DNA of 60,160 nt, counting the filler. It is 4 parts of 4 records of this genome, joined end to end, with 100 filler letters (N's around TTAATTAATTAA, not from the genome) between each part and the next. Parts side by side here need not be neighbours in the genome. Positions count along the whole stretch, not along the records: positions 34,788 to 53,194 come from DRR723986_8933; positions 53,295 to 60,160 come from DRR723986_8950; 2 more parts are not named here. One strand, given 5' to 3'. The position numbers and the translations under genes are program-made. The notes beneath the pieces are model-generated. The model saw only the letters and a list, made by a program, of their open reading frames with translations. It did no database searches and was not told where the DNA came from. This document shows positions 50,626 through 59,711 of this stretch, in pieces. Positions within the stretch are counted from its first letter, which is position 1. Each line of letters opens with the position of its first letter.

Positions 50626-51285
50626 ACAGGTGTTGCCACGAAGCCCTGCACTGATGTACTCGTGAAACAGCCGGCGCATTTCCTTCAAGCCACCGCTTTG
50701 GTTGACCAAGGGCAATAGCCTTTCATCGTGCATCACCATTGAAAAGTCGGCCAGCCCGTGAATAGCCGTATTCACGGCCAAATGCACTTTAAAACGCAGC
50801 TGTGCTTCAGAGTATTGCGGGAAAAATTGTCGCAAAGTGGGCGCAAACACATCCATGTAGGGGTTGAAGTAGCGGGTCAGAAACCGCTGTCCCTGTTCGC
50901 CGGTTTGCCAGGTCAGGCGGGACAGAAACTGTATGCACACCGCACCGGTCTCGCCGCTTGAAAACAGTTGCACAAAGGGATCAAAAATCAGCTCGCACAA
51001 GCGGGTCCATTCTCTGTGCTCGGGCGCGTTGCGCGCAAATTCGGTGTGGGCCTGCTTGCAGTGAACATCAAGCTGACTTGTCACAAAATCCACCACTTCT
51101 TCCACCAATCGATCTTTGGTTTTGAAGTGATAGTGCACTGCTGAGCGGTTGCCCTGACCTGAAAGCTGCCGAATTTTGCTTAAGGTGACACCTTCAATGC
51201 CATGCTGTGCAAATTCATTCAACGCAATCCGTAACAGCTGTTCGCGAGTATCAATGAGAAGTGCGGCGTCGGCAGATTTGTTCAT
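50620..51285 (-). CDS. TetR/AcrR family regulator (PsrA-like)
   Basis: TREQLL..A...FA..G...N.SAVHYHF.TK helix-turn-helix. Confidence 0.92.
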   Translation of the reverse strand: MNKSADAALLIDTREQLLRIALNEFAQHGIEGVTLSKIRQLSGQGNRSAVHYHFKTKDRLVEEVVDFVTSQLDVHCKQAHTEFARNAPEHREWTRLCELIFDPFVQLFSSGETGAVCIQFLSRLTWQTGEQGQRFLTRYFNPYMDVFAPTLRQFFPQYSEAQLRFKVHLAVNTAIHGLADFSMVMHDERLLPLVNQSGGLKEMRRLFHEYISAGLRGNTCS

Positions 51286-51322
51286 GTGTTTGTTTTTGTG
51301 AGTAAATTTCCGCTTGCCTGAT

Positions 51323-51340
51323 TTAATACCAAAGTATTAA
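51323..51340. promoter_or_regulatory. Probable TetR operator in the divergent promoter
   Basis: Perfect TTAATAC-CAAA-GTATTAA, lying between TTGCCT (51314-51319) and TAATCT (51338-51343). Confidence 0.65.
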
Positions 51341-51386
51341 TCTAGAGTGATTAAATACAATATAACCATAAAATCAGGAGACATGC

Positions 51387-52847
51387 GTGAAACTTTCAAA
51401 AGTATTCACGGCGGTGGTTGCAGGTGCAGCTCTTGGCTTGCTGGGTGCCTGTTCGTCTGAAGACGGGACTGTGGCAACTGGCGCCTCGGCATCGTCATCG
51501 GCCAGCAGCAATGTACTCAGCAGTGAATCATTGGCCCAGGCCATGGGTGGCAGCGAGACTCCCTTGGGCCTGGGGTGCGGGTGGATTGCGGCCAGCGATC
51601 CCGACAAAGCGAATATTGCGTTTCCTGACAGTGAGGCCAAGTACTGGGTGGCGGCTGCCCCTGTGTCGCCCCAAACCCGGTTGAGGATTGATGGCCGTTA
51701 CCCGGATGCCCGTTATTTTTCCTACAACGCATACGATGCGGCGCTGCGCCCAACAGATGCGGTGGCCGACTTTGAACTCACACCTTCTGATCAAGGTCGT
51801 GAAGGCAATCCCTTCGCGCGCAAGGGTGCCAAGCCAGGTGGTGCTTACACGGCTTATCTGGAATATGGTGCATCTCCGGTTCAAAACCCGGAGGTACAAC
51901 GCAAACCCAACACCTTTTACACCGGTGAAATTGGTTTGGGCCCATTGAATATTCCAAACGGTTTGGCGGTGTTCATTTATCGGGTGTATGTGTCGAATGC
52001 CGGCGAGTTTTTTGATGGTGGTGTGGGTTTGCCCGCGCTCACGCTGGAAACTGCAGACGGCAGTCGTGAGTTGGGAACACTGCCAAATTGTGCTGAACCA
52101 TTCTTGCCGAATTTTGGAGGTGCTGCGCCACCCCTGGGCCTGAATGAGGTATTGCTGGGGCTGGACTACCCCAATCAGTTGGCTTTACCTTTCCCAACGG
52201 CCACCAATCCGCCCAATACACTGAAATTTTTTAGCCTGGGTGACACCGCATTTCGAATTGCAGGCAATGTAACCGGTCAAGACACCAGCATGCTGGGCGG
52301 CCGGGTCGATTCAGGCTCGGGCGGCTTTTTGAGCAATGTACACAATGCCTACACCAGCACTGGTTTTGCCCGCCGCTACGGCAGCATTGCCATGGTGCGA
52401 TCCAAAGCCCCCACCTACCGTGGACAGCCCGGCGTGGAGTTTGGGCAAGAGCAGTTGCGTTACTGGTCATTGTGCGGCAATGAATTTGCAACCCAACGCT
52501 TCACCGATTGCGCGGCTGATTATCAGGTGCCATTGGATGACCAGGGATTTTTCACGGTGGTGATTTCCGATCCAGCTGATCGACCGGCCAATGCCACAGC
52601 CGAGAACGGATTCCTGTGGTTGCCTTGGGGGCCGTATCCTGATCAACTCCTGTTGTATCGCCACATGCTGCACAATCCGGGATTCGCTGAGGCGATCCAG
52701 AATGTGGAGAAGGGTGACGCATTGGCCGACGTCATGAAAGATTTCGCGCCTGTCGGCATTTATTGCGACCCAAACGTTTTTACACAAAGCAATCGCAGTG
52801 GCGAGGTGTTCGCCCTGTGTGAACAAGATCAAAACACCAATCGATAA
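51387..52847 (+). CDS. Lipoprotein of unknown function
   Basis: GTG after AGGAG; lipobox LLGAC, Ser/Ala linker, aromatic motifs FPD..AKYW, YPDARYFSY and RYWSLC. Confidence 0.8.
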   Translation: MKLSKVFTAVVAGAALGLLGACSSEDGTVATGASASSSASSNVLSSESLAQAMGGSETPLGLGCGWIAASDPDKANIAFPDSEAKYWVAAAPVSPQTRLRIDGRYPDARYFSYNAYDAALRPTDAVADFELTPSDQGREGNPFARKGAKPGGAYTAYLEYGASPVQNPEVQRKPNTFYTGEIGLGPLNIPNGLAVFIYRVYVSNAGEFFDGGVGLPALTLETADGSRELGTLPNCAEPFLPNFGGAAPPLGLNEVLLGLDYPNQLALPFPTATNPPNTLKFFSLGDTAFRIAGNVTGQDTSMLGGRVDSGSGGFLSNVHNAYTSTGFARRYGSIAMVRSKAPTYRGQPGVEFGQEQLRYWSLCGNEFATQRFTDCAADYQVPLDDQGFFTVVISDPADRPANATAENGFLWLPWGPYPDQLLLYRHMLHNPGFAEAIQNVEKGDALADVMKDFAPVGIYCDPNVFTQSNRSGEVFALCEQDQNTNR

Positions 52848-52873
52848 CCACTCATACTTGAGGAGACTACGAA

Positions 52874-53194
52874 ATGGCAGTGCAAAAGTTGAAACACGGG
52901 TTGCTGGCCGCAGCGATCGTTTTGGGGAGTGGCGCAGCACTGGCCAATGACCTGTCTGAACTGGGCAAAAGCCTGACCCCAGTGGGCGCCGAGAAAAAAG
53001 GCAATGCGGCTGGCACCATTCCGGAGTGGACTGGTGGTCTGGTCACTGTACCCAAAGGGTTTGATCCGGCAAAAGGCTATATCAATCCTTTTGCAGATGA
53101 AAAACCACTGTTCACCATCAGCGCGGCAAACATGGCGCAGTACGCAGCCAATTTGACACCGGGCCAAATGGAAATGATGAAGCGTTACCCCACT
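52874..53194 (+). CDS. DUF1329-family periplasmic protein (3'-truncated)
   Basis: Signal peptide, then LG..LTPVGAEK.GN..GTIPEWTGG and PFADEKPLFTI. Confidence 0.85.
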
Positions 53195-53294
53195 NNNNNN
53201 NNNNNNNNNNNNNNNNNNNNNNNNNNNNNNNNNNNNNNTTAATTAATTAANNNNNNNNNNNNNNNNNNNNNNNNNNNNNNNNNNNNNNNNNNNN
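53195..53294. other. Artificial contig linker
   Basis: N44-TTAATTAATTAA-N44. Confidence 0.99.
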
Positions 53295-53296
53295 CG

Positions 53297-53839
53297 ACCA
53301 TGATCTACGTCACCCACGACCAGGTCGAGGCGATGACCCTGGCCAGCCGCATCGTGGTTCTGGCCAACAAGGGGATCGCCCAGGTCGGCAGCCCGCTGGA
53401 GCTTTATGAACGTCCCCGGTCAACCTTCGTGGCGCAATTCATCGGCAGCCCGGCGATGAACCTGCTGGCGGGCAAGATTGTCGGCACGGGCGAGGTCACC
53501 ACGCTGGAACTGGCGGACGGGGCAGGGCGGATCACCTCGCACTATCCGTCTGTCGAAGCGGATATGGGAGCAGAGGTCGAGGTGGGCATCCGGCCCGAAG
53601 ACATGGTTCAGACCGATGCTGCCGATTATGCCTTCGCGGGGACCGTCGCCATTACCGAGGCCCTCGGCGAAGTCACGCAGCTCTATTTCACGGCACCAAG
53701 CGCCAATCACGATACCGATACGGTCATCGCCAAGCTGCAAGGCATCCATCTGGGCCTGCGCGGCACGCGCGTCACCATGACCGCCGCGCCTGAAAAGGTG
53801 CATGTGTTCCGCGATGGCGTGTCGCTGCATTATCGGTAA
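53297..53839 (+). CDS. MalK/UgpC-type sugar ABC ATP-binding protein (5'-truncated)
   Basis: [24 protein letters not shown] and GIRPED motifs; TOBE-type C-terminus. Confidence 0.93.
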   Translation, partial: TMIYVTHDQVEAMTLASRIVVLANKGIAQVGSPLELYERPRSTFVAQFIGSPAMNLLAGKIVGTGEVTTLELADGAGRITSHYPSVEADMGAEVEVGIRPEDMVQTDAADYAFAGTVAITEALGEVTQLYFTAPSANHDTDTVIAKLQGIHLGLRGTRVTMTAAPEKVHVFRDGVSLHYR

Positions 53840-53872
53840 GCCGGTTCCTCCCGCGCCCTTATGGGCGCGTGT

Positions 53873-53914
53873 GAAACGACGTTGCGTCCCGATTGACGCG
53901 GCGTCGTTTCTTTT
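53873..53914 (+). terminator. Probable intrinsic terminator
   Basis: 16-bp stem (GAAACGACGTTGCGTC/GACGCGGCGTCGTTTC, two G-U pairs) followed by TTTT; a second hairpin lies at 53852-53869. Confidence 0.7.
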
Positions 53915-53920
53915 CGTAAT

Positions 53921-53934
53921 TGAACATGTGTTCA
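53921..53934. promoter_or_regulatory. Palindromic candidate operator upstream of the SDR gene
   Basis: TGAACA-TG-TGTTCA, 19 nt before the ATG. Confidence 0.45.
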
Positions 53935-53953
53935 GTTCCAAAGGGAGGCAGCC

Positions 53954-54709
53954 ATGGATATCACAAGCGCAAAGGTGATCGTGACCGGCGGAGCCAGCGG
54001 TCTCGGGGCCGCGACGGCTCGCTATCTGGCCGGGGCAGGGGCTGCCGTGACGGTGTTTGACCGGGACAGCGTCAAAGGGCCCGAGATGGCCGCTCTGCCC
54101 GGAATCAGCTTTGCCGAGGTCGATGTGACCAGCGAAGACAGCGTTGCAGCAGGTGTCGCGCTCGGCTTGGCAGAGATGGGTGGGATCACCGCCGTGGTGA
54201 ACTGCGCGGGCATTGTGACCGGCGCGAAAACCGTGGGTTCCAAAGGGCCGTTCCCGCTCGATGCCTTCCAGCGCACCATTGATATCAATCTTGTGGGCGC
54301 TTTCAACGTGGCCCGCCTTGCAGCGGTCGAGATGTCGAAGAACGACCCCACTGAAGATGGCGAACGCGGTGTGATCGTCAACACCGCCTCGATTGCCGCG
54401 TTTGACGGGCAAAAGGGGCAGGCGGCCTATTCCGCGTCCAAGGCCGGTGTGGCCGGGCTGTCGCTGCCGATGGCCCGCGATATGGGCGCGCTCGGCATCC
54501 GGGTGAATGCGATTGCGCCGGGGCTGTTCCTGACGCCGATGCTCGAAAGCCTGGGGCCCGAGATGATGGCGGAACTGGCCAGTGACGTGCTCTTCCCGCG
54601 CCGCCTTGGCAACCCCGAGGAATTCGCGCGGATGGCCCGGTTCATGATCGAAATGCCCTATCTGAACGGGGAAACCATTCGTCTCGACGGGGCGCTTCGG
54701 CTGCCATAG
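53954..54709 (+). CDS. SDR, type II 3-hydroxyacyl-CoA dehydrogenase (HSD10-like)
   Basis: TGGASGLG, NCAG, ERGVIVNTAS, YSASK and IRLDGALR motifs. Confidence 0.92.
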   Translation: MDITSAKVIVTGGASGLGAATARYLAGAGAAVTVFDRDSVKGPEMAALPGISFAEVDVTSEDSVAAGVALGLAEMGGITAVVNCAGIVTGAKTVGSKGPFPLDAFQRTIDINLVGAFNVARLAAVEMSKNDPTEDGERGVIVNTASIAAFDGQKGQAAYSASKAGVAGLSLPMARDMGALGIRVNAIAPGLFLTPMLESLGPEMMAELASDVLFPRRLGNPEEFARMARFMIEMPYLNGETIRLDGALRLP

Positions 54710-54743
54710 GGTTGCGGGTGAACCGCTCTTTCGGACCCTTGGC

Positions 54744-55691
54744 ATGACCCCAATTCTGACGATTACCCTGAACCCGGCAGTGGATCTCGATACCTCCACG
54801 CCCGCGGTGCGCCCCGGACCCAAACTGCGCTGTTCTCCGCCCCGGCTCGACCCCGGTGGCGGCGGTATCAATGTGTCGCGCGCGATGTCGGAACTGGGCG
54901 GCGAAAGCCTGGCACTGGTCGCGGCGGGCGGGGGCATGGGCGTGGTGCTGGCCAAGTTGTTGGCGGGCACGGGCCTGCCGGTCAGGATCATCGAGGCACC
55001 GGGCGAAACCCGGCAAAGCGTGGCGGTGATGGACGAGAACAGCGGCAAGCAATTCCGCTTTATCTTTCCCGGACCGGACTGGGCCGCCAGCGATATCGCG
55101 AAAGCCGAGTCGGAGATCGCGGAGGTGATTCCCAAGGGCGGGCTTGTGGTGTTGTCCGGCAGCCACCCGCCGGGCTTCCCCGATGATTTTCCCGCCCGTT
55201 TGGTCAGTCTGTGCGATCAGCTTGGGGCGCGTCTGGTGCTGGACACTTCGGGGGCCGCCCTGCGGGCACTGGAGGCGCGCCGTATTTCAGGGCTGGCGGT
55301 GCTGAGGCTGGACCACGAAGAAGCTGAAGAGCTGGCCGCGCACCCCTTGCCAACGGCCAAGGACAGCGCTGATTTTGCCCAGTCACTGGTCAGGGACGGG
55401 GTCGCGCAGGTGGTTGTTCTGGCGCGTGGGGCCGAGGGTTCCGTCCTGGCGGAGGCCGGGGGGCGCTGGATGTCCCATGCGGCCAAAGTTCCGGTGCGCT
55501 CGAAAACCGGGGCGGGGGACAGTTTCGTAGCGGGCTTTACACTGGGCCTTGCGCGCGGCGATATCCTGCCCGAATGCCTGCAACGCGGAATGGCAGCCGC
55601 AAGTGCAGCGGTCATGACCGAAGCCACGCGCCTGTGCGAGCGCGCGGATGCGGAACGGTTGATTGCGGATTGCCCGGTCGAGGCGATCTGA
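54744..55691 (+). CDS. PfkB/1-phosphofructokinase-family hexose kinase
   Basis: TLNPAVD, PGGGGINV, LSGS.P and GAGDSF motifs. Confidence 0.93.
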   Translation: MTPILTITLNPAVDLDTSTPAVRPGPKLRCSPPRLDPGGGGINVSRAMSELGGESLALVAAGGGMGVVLAKLLAGTGLPVRIIEAPGETRQSVAVMDENSGKQFRFIFPGPDWAASDIAKAESEIAEVIPKGGLVVLSGSHPPGFPDDFPARLVSLCDQLGARLVLDTSGAALRALEARRISGLAVLRLDHEEAEELAAHPLPTAKDSADFAQSLVRDGVAQVVVLARGAEGSVLAEAGGRWMSHAAKVPVRSKTGAGDSFVAGFTLGLARGDILPECLQRGMAAASAAVMTEATRLCERADAERLIADCPVEAI

Positions 55692-55696
55692 ATGAA

Positions 55697-55724
55697 GAAA
55701 GCCGACCCAGATAGGTCGGCTTTC
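55697..55724. terminator. Bidirectional terminator between convergent genes
   Basis: GAAAGCCGACC-CAGATA-GGTCGGCTTTC, 11-bp stem. Confidence 0.75.
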
Positions 55725-55778
55725 CCCTGTCCCTCATGATCGTATGGCCGTCGCTTGGGCAGGACGGCCGCTGTCGTC

Positions 55779-56339
55779 TTATCCGCCCCAGCTGCGCACG
55801 GGACCGCAATCCATATGGGTGAAGTTGGAGCCGGAATAGCGCCCGACACCGCCGGCGCTACAGGATTCCGCCGCCGCTGCGACCTGTCGGACCGATCGGC
55901 CTTCGATCCTAAGATCGGCGGCTTGGCCCTGCATGTGCAGCGAGTTGCGCGCAACACCCGAAGACCGGGCCCGCAGCATGGCATTGGTGGAGGGCGAACG
56001 GTAACCGGACAGCAGCAGATAGGGCTGTTGGGTTTCCAGCAGATTGTGAGACGCGGCCATGATATCAATCGTGCGGGGGTCGATATCATAGGCTTCGTCA
56101 ACGCGCCAATCGCGCATGAAATAGCTGATCTCTTCGATTGCGGGCCGGATGTAGTCGCCGTCAATCCAGTAGACCATGTCGAGCGTTTCACCGGTCCGCG
56201 CGGAATACATGCGCAGTTTGCGGTAGTCGCCACCGCCGCGAAGTATTCCGAAGGCGCTTGCCGTGTAGGGTGCTGCTGCGACCGTTGTAGCCGCAAATGC
56301 CCCGAGCAGCGACCGCCGCGTCATCGTCGGATTCATCAT
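55779..56339 (-). CDS. mepK: Tat-exported YcbK/MepK (DUF882, peptidase M15) murein endopeptidase
   Basis: TRRSLL Tat motif; SGYRS, SLHM.G.A.D and HMD motifs. Confidence 0.88.
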   Translation of the reverse strand: MMNPTMTRRSLLGAFAATTVAAAPYTASAFGILRGGGDYRKLRMYSARTGETLDMVYWIDGDYIRPAIEEISYFMRDWRVDEAYDIDPRTIDIMAASHNLLETQQPYLLLSGYRSPSTNAMLRARSSGVARNSLHMQGQAADLRIEGRSVRQVAAAAESCSAGGVGRYSGSNFTHMDCGPVRSWGG

Positions 56340-56682
56340 TAGATTTGCCCCGTCCTTCTGCCCGTTCCGTCCAGTGTCACTTTTGCGTGACTTTTTTAAG
56401 CTCATCCCCAGTTGTGCGTTTTATGACACAATTGAAACTTTCTTGAAAGTCTCAAGTCGGGGCGGTCCACACTCATGGTGGCCTGTCGGCAGAAATCCGC
56501 CAAAAAGGCGTTGTTTCCGGGGATATTGGCCGATTCTTCAGCAGGCGTTGCATCGGGTACACTCCGCATTTCTTATCTATCTAACATCAACGTCTTTCGA
56601 AAATGTGAATGGACTCTGCCTGTTCTGCTGGGTCATCTAGTCCTCACACACCCGTGATCCTTGCGCGCAAACAGGTGATCTT

Positions 56683-58290
56683 ATGACCAAAAAGACTTTG
56701 CTTCCTTCGATGCTTCCGGTTCTGGCGGCACTCCTGTCCATCTCGCTTCTGCTTCCTGCGCCTGCTTCGGCGTTGGTCACAGCCTTTCGGCAGGCCATTG
56801 CCGAAGGTGTGGCCGAGCACGACGACATGGCTGAATTCTACCGTGAGCGGGCGTTTGAACCGATCTGGACACGCACGGAAGATGCCGCGCGCCGCAACGC
56901 GCTGCTTGTGGCGCTGGAAGGTGCCGAAAACCATGGCTTGCCCGCCGGGCGCTACGACCCCGACGCGCTGCGCGCTGCGTTCATGGACGCCGACAACCCC
57001 TATAGCCGGGGCCAGGCCGAGATCATGGCCTCGACGATGTTCCTGCGCTACGCCCATGACGTGCAATCGGGCATTCTCGATCCGGGCGAAGTCGTGCGCG
57101 AGATTCATCGCGACCTTCCGCGGCGCGACCCGACCGATCTGCTTCAGGGCATTGTCGATGCTGATCCCTACGAGTTCATGCGTGCATTGCCGCCCGCGCA
57201 TCCCGAATACCTGCGTCTTCAGCGCGAATTGCTGCGCCTGAGCCAGATGGCCAGTGAAGGGGGCTGGGGATCGTCGGTCTATGGCGGCCGGCTGGAACTG
57301 GGCGACCGTGGGCAGGCCGTCGTGCAGTTGCGCGACCGACTGATCCGCATGGGCTATATGGAACGCTCGGCCACCGCCGTTTTCGATGCCGACATGGAAG
57401 CTGCCGTTCAGCGCTTTCAGTCCGCGCACGGGCTTCTGGCCGATGGCGTTGCCGGATCGAGCACCATCGAAGAGGTGAATATCGGGCTTGATACGCGCCT
57501 GCGTCAGGTCATTCTGGCGATGGAACGTCAGCGTTGGCTGAACTGGGAAGATCCGGAACGCGGCAGCCGCCATGTTCTGGTGAACATCCCCGACTACCAT
57601 GCCTATGTGATCGACAATGAAGAGGTCACGTTCGAAACACGCGTGGTGGTCGGTGCAACCCCCTCGAACCGGGTGACGCCCGAGTTTTCCGACACGATGG
57701 AGCATATGGTGATCAACCCGAGCTGGTATGTGCCACGCTCGATCACCATCGGGGAATACCTGCCGCAGATGCAGGCAAATCCCGGTGCTGCCGGTCATCT
57801 GGACCTGTTGCAGGGCGGCCGTCAGGTCAGCCGAGCAGGCATTGATTTCAGCCAGTACACCGCATCGACCTTCCCCTTTGACCTGCGTCAGGGACCGGGG
57901 CCGGGCAATGCGCTTGGCCGGGTGAAGTTCATGTTCCCGAACCGGCACAACATCTATCTGCATGATACCCCGTCGCGAAACCTCTTTGCCCGTGAAACAC
58001 GTGCCTACAGCCATGGCTGTGTGCGGGTGCATCGGCCGTTGGAACTGGCCTATCACCTGCTGGCCCGCCAGGAATCGCAGCCACAGAGCTATTTCAACCG
58101 GATCCTGAATTCCGGTCAGGAAACGCAGGTTGACCTGGTTCAGCAGATCCCGGTGCATATCGTCTACTGGACGGCTTTCGTGACGCCAGAGGGCGAACTG
58201 AACTTCCGCCGCGACATCTATGGGCGGGACCGTGCCTTGTGGACCGCGCTGGAACAGGCCGGGGTGGAACTCCCGATCATGGCCAGCTAA
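56683..58290 (+). CDS. ldtD: L,D-transpeptidase YcbB/LdtD family
   Basis: Scaffold domain, peptidoglycan-binding domain (FQSAHGL.ADG) and YLHDTP...SHGCVRV catalytic motif. Confidence 0.92.
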   Translation: MTKKTLLPSMLPVLAALLSISLLLPAPASALVTAFRQAIAEGVAEHDDMAEFYRERAFEPIWTRTEDAARRNALLVALEGAENHGLPAGRYDPDALRAAFMDADNPYSRGQAEIMASTMFLRYAHDVQSGILDPGEVVREIHRDLPRRDPTDLLQGIVDADPYEFMRALPPAHPEYLRLQRELLRLSQMASEGGWGSSVYGGRLELGDRGQAVVQLRDRLIRMGYMERSATAVFDADMEAAVQRFQSAHGLLADGVAGSSTIEEVNIGLDTRLRQVILAMERQRWLNWEDPERGSRHVLVNIPDYHAYVIDNEEVTFETRVVVGATPSNRVTPEFSDTMEHMVINPSWYVPRSITIGEYLPQMQANPGAAGHLDLLQGGRQVSRAGIDFSQYTASTFPFDLRQGPGPGNALGRVKFMFPNRHNIYLHDTPSRNLFARETRAYSHGCVRVHRPLELAYHLLARQESQPQSYFNRILNSGQETQVDLVQQIPVHIVYWTAFVTPEGELNFRRDIYGRDRALWTALEQAGVELPIMAS

Positions 58291-58325
58291 AGCTTTCGCA
58301 GCAACCTTTGCTGCGGAGCAGGATC

Positions 58326-59414
58326 ATGGCACTGACCATTGAAAAGATTGCCGAGGCTCTTGGGGCCTCGGCTTTCGGCAATCTGGACCTGGACATTGAC
58401 GGTCTGTCGGAACCCGCGCTGGCGGGCCCCCGGCATCTGGCGCTGGCGATGTCGCCGACCTATGCCGAAGGCTTGTCCGCAGGTCGGGCAAGGGCCGCTA
58501 TTCTGGGTCCTGGTATGGACTGGGAGGCCTACGGGCTGGAGGCCGCGATCATCGTGCCGCGCCCCCGCTATGCGCTGGCCGGACTGACAGCCGCGCTGGA
58601 CCCGGGGCCAGAGATCGAGACGGGCATTCACCCCACGGCCGTCATCCATGAAAGCGCCACCATCGGTATCGGCGCGGCCATTGGCCCCTTCGTCGTGGTC
58701 GGTCGCGGCGCGGTAATCGGCGCGCGGGCGCGGATCGCCAGTCATGCCAGTGTCGCGGAACTGGCCCAAATTGGCGACGATGTAATGTTGATGCAGGGGG
58801 TCCGCGTGGGCAGCCGGGTACATATCGGTGATCGGTTCATCGCGCATCCCGGTGCGGTTATCGGCGGCGACGGCATGTCTTTCGTGACCCCGGAGAAATC
58901 GACGGTGGAACAGGTGCGTGAATCCATGGGCCAGGTCGAGGCAGTGGACCAAAGCTGGACCCGGATCCATTCGCTCGGGTCAGTCCGGGTCGGCAATGAT
59001 GTCGAGATCGGCTGCAATTCCTGTATCGACAAGGGCACCATCCGCGACACGCAAATCGGGGATGGGTGCAAGTTCGACAATCTCGTTCACGTGGCCCACA
59101 ATGTTCAGGTCGGGCGCGATTGCCTGTTTGCCGCGCAGACCGGCGTTGCGGGATCGACCATAGTGGGCGACCGGGTTGTGTTCGGCGGGCAGGTGGGCGT
59201 TGCCGACAACCTGACCGTGGGCAGCGACGTGATCGCCGGCGGGGCAACGAAGATCCTGTCCAATGTTCCCTCTGGCCGGGCGGTACTGGGGTATCCGGCG
59301 GTCAAGATGGAGGCGCATGTCGAAAGCTACAAGGCGGTGCGCCGTTTGCCGCGGCTGGCCAAGACTGTCGCGGAGTTGCAGAAAGCCGTTTCAAAACTGG
59401 CGGGCAGCGACTAA
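58326..59414 (+). CDS. lpxD: UDP-3-O-acylglucosamine N-acyltransferase
   Basis: Hexapeptide repeats; GAVIGGDG, VEIG.NSCID and DNLVHVAHNV motifs. Confidence 0.92.
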   Translation: MALTIEKIAEALGASAFGNLDLDIDGLSEPALAGPRHLALAMSPTYAEGLSAGRARAAILGPGMDWEAYGLEAAIIVPRPRYALAGLTAALDPGPEIETGIHPTAVIHESATIGIGAAIGPFVVVGRGAVIGARARIASHASVAELAQIGDDVMLMQGVRVGSRVHIGDRFIAHPGAVIGGDGMSFVTPEKSTVEQVRESMGQVEAVDQSWTRIHSLGSVRVGNDVEIGCNSCIDKGTIRDTQIGDGCKFDNLVHVAHNVQVGRDCLFAAQTGVAGSTIVGDRVVFGGQVGVADNLTVGSDVIAGGATKILSNVPSGRAVLGYPAVKMEAHVESYKAVRRLPRLAKTVAELQKAVSKLAGSD

Positions 59415-59450
59415 GTCAGCCTCATGTCTGATTTCAGGGATGTATAAGCT

Positions 59451-59711
59451 ATGTCTGACGTTGCTGAGAAGGTCATCGGGATTATTGCCGAACAGGCGGT
59501 GATCGACGTCGAGGACGTGAAGCTGGAAGCCACTCTCGACGATCTCGGGATCGATTCCCTCGGTCTGGTGGAAAGCATCTTCGCCATCGAGGAAGCCTTC
59601 GACATTCAGGTTCCGTTCAATGCCAACGAACCCGATGCGGGAGAGTTCGACATTTCCAGCGTGGCAGCCATCATCAAGGCCGTCGAGGGCTTGGTGGCAG
59701 ACGCCGCATGA
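59451..59711 (+). CDS. Specialised acyl carrier protein
   Basis: LGIDSL phosphopantetheine site; acidic; PFNANEP loop insertion not seen in housekeeping AcpP. Confidence 0.92.
   Translation: MSDVAEKVIGIIAEQAVIDVEDVKLEATLDDLGIDSLGLVESIFAIEEAFDIQVPFNANEPDAGEFDISSVAAIIKAVEGLVADAA

Noticed and set aside
8365-53294. Three identical TTAATTAATTAA motifs within N runs, and the juxtaposition of very different taxa
   Set aside because: Synthetic contig linkers. Genes are cut at each one, so cross-linker adjacency is not evidence of repeats, horizontal transfer or operons.
53420-58158. Long minus-strand ORFs of 571, 359 and 504 aa
   Set aside because: They are antisense or off-frame to well-supported genes in high-GC DNA.
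59451-59711. Calling the ACP AcpXL or NodF, implying very-long-chain lipid A or Nod-factor synthesis
   Set aside because: No fabZXL, lpxXL or nod genes are visible and similarity is only general; left as a specialised ACP.
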